This document shows positions 62,535 to 64,000 of a stretch of 64,000 bases of DNA, in pieces. The DNA is taken from assembly GCA_976226885.1 (NCBI GenBank), contig OZ320321.1:40734001-40798000 (forward strand). The letters run 5' to 3'. The notes beneath the pieces were generated by a model that was not told the DNA's origin, did not search any database, and saw only the letters and a list, made by a program, of their open reading frames with translations. The position numbers were made by a program, and so were the translations under genes. The stretch is from Iphione sp. A-MEVVRFRX5 (taxonomy: Eukaryota). Each line of letters begins with the position of its first letter. Positions within the stretch are counted from its first letter, which is position 1.

Positions 62535-63470
62535 TTATGTGCGCGTGTGTGTGTGTGTCTGTATGTGTGTCTGTGTGTGTGTGTGGTGGGGGGGATGGAT
62601 AGGATGGCACGTGGGATTTTTTTTTCATCAGTGGCAGCTTCATTTGCGTTGCGTCGCTCTCGTCCTGTGTTCTCCGTTGAGAATTTTTGAATGCACAGGT
62701 CGAGGTTCATTGTCGAGGTCAGCGAGAGCGGCTTCTGATGACCTGTGGAACCCTCTCGGCATTGCAGCAGTCCCCGACTTTCCCACCGTCTCAAACGCGG
62801 GCAGGCGACGGCAGACCTTGGTGTTTGGGTGGTGGGAGGTGGGGAGGGGTGTTAGAGAGAAGAAGGGCACGGAATGGGGGGGCTGGCTAGTTGGGGAGGC
62901 ATTAAGGAGGAAGAAGAGAAGAGATCAATGCGGTAACACGCGGGCCATGCGCGGGGTGCGGGATAGAGTTCAGAGGTGCGGAAGGAGAGGTGGGGTGGGT
63001 GGGAGGATATTGGGGGGGGGGGATGAGGCTGGGGAGGGCGGTCCGCCTTAATGGAGGTCTATGGATTGGGGCCCGACTCCCGGGGAAAGAGATGAGGGGG
63101 CTGGATCGACCCTTCTCTCCAGAGCCCCCCCCCCCCCAGTATGCACTTTACCCCCACCCCCCATGGAACCCAGCGACGAAAGACCCTCATGAAGGATCCA
63201 CTTAAGGTTACGGGGTGGAATGAGCACCTTAGCCGGATAGCAGCCACCTCGGCCCCCACGCCCTCATATGCCATGCGGGGCAGACACGAGTAGGGCAGTC
63301 AGACCTTGTGCGCGTCGGCCCCAGTACGTGTGGAGGTTACGTGAAGGTCAAGGGTATGACCTGCAAGGCTTTGACCTTCAGCTTAGTTGCCCAGCGGAAA
63401 TATAGTGGCGTCGTGTGTGTGCGTGTGTCTGTATGTGTGTCTGTATGTCTCTCTTTATAGTGTGTGTCCA
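62535..63470. repeat. Two (TG)-rich microsatellite-like tracts (~62535-62585, ~63413-63470) flanking a G/C-skewed low-complexity stretch
   Basis: Both tracts contain GTGTGTCTGTATGTGTGTCTGT; G-runs and C-runs lie between them. Confidence 0.7.
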
Positions 63471-64000
63471 TGTCTTCCTGGCATGTAACTTTATAACTCC
63501 TGGCATGATGGCGAGGCCGGCCGTGAGGGCAACAGCCGTGAGATAACAGGGGCACGTCGATTGCAGGACTCAGGTAACCGAAGAACAAAAAGATGTGTGA
63601 GATTGTTACCGTTTTGTCCCGTTAGTGTCATTTTCATCGCCATTAGTCAGTTAGCCATTGGGCAAAAGATTTTTATTCTACATTCGTCAGAACGAGGAAA
63701 TACTTGAGATCATTAAAAATCAAACTCAGCTTAAAGCCAGCCACTACTATGGGCATTTTGATTTTTTTTTTCATCCAGTAAGCAGACTGCAGTAGAAAAT
63801 GATTGGCACATCTGTTATTGTCAGTAGTCATTACATTAGGACCGTACAAAACATACCATTGTTATATAACCATAATAGTAACGCCATCTTTATATGGATC
63901 TGTGTACCTTCTCCTGCCATCTTCTCAAAACATGTAAAATACAACTGTACATGTTTCTTGAGGTTTTGACAGAATGGGACACAGACGCGGACATCACACA

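Noticed and set aside
62492-63274. Overlapping Gly/Arg/Pro-rich ORFs on both strands
   Set aside because: Low-complexity and microsatellite-driven; no domain or convincing splice structure.
55022-64000. VTI1A coding exon 4
   Set aside because: No segment resembling the expected linker region with splice sites was found; presumed beyond the window or in the gap.

Overview
Repeat-dense animal genomic DNA, probably a marine invertebrate (the species cannot be determined from sequence alone), with one assembly gap (60943-61156). Two host genes are well supported and sit head-to-head. A complete RPL34 lies on the minus strand: 5 coding exons including a 14-nt microexon, plus a very short TCT/TOP first exon. 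The first three coding exons of VTI1A lie on the plus strand, with exon sizes 94/59/111 nt and a GC donor after exon 3. The left ~37 kb is a nest of decayed transposons: piggyBac, several CR1/L2-type LINE pieces, a Penelope-like element (PLE), BEL/Pao, Gypsy, Harbinger and MITEs. Four observations stand out. (1) A 5.5-kb tyrosine-recombinase (DIRS-like) retroelement with convergent gag-RT and YR genes is inserted into the GIY-YIG coding motif of a PLE and bracketed by a 17-bp direct repeat. (2) The RPL34<->VTI1A arrangement matches the predicted pre-duplication state of the vertebrate RPL34-LEF1 and VTI1A-TCF7L2 loci. (3) A compact 4-exon polyQ/NLS mini-gene lies near a microexon array and twin long hairpins at 0.9-4.2 kb. 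(4) An L1/Tx1 copy shows a clear twin-priming 5' inversion and a target-site duplication. All protein assignments come from manual translation and motif recall; no database search was run.
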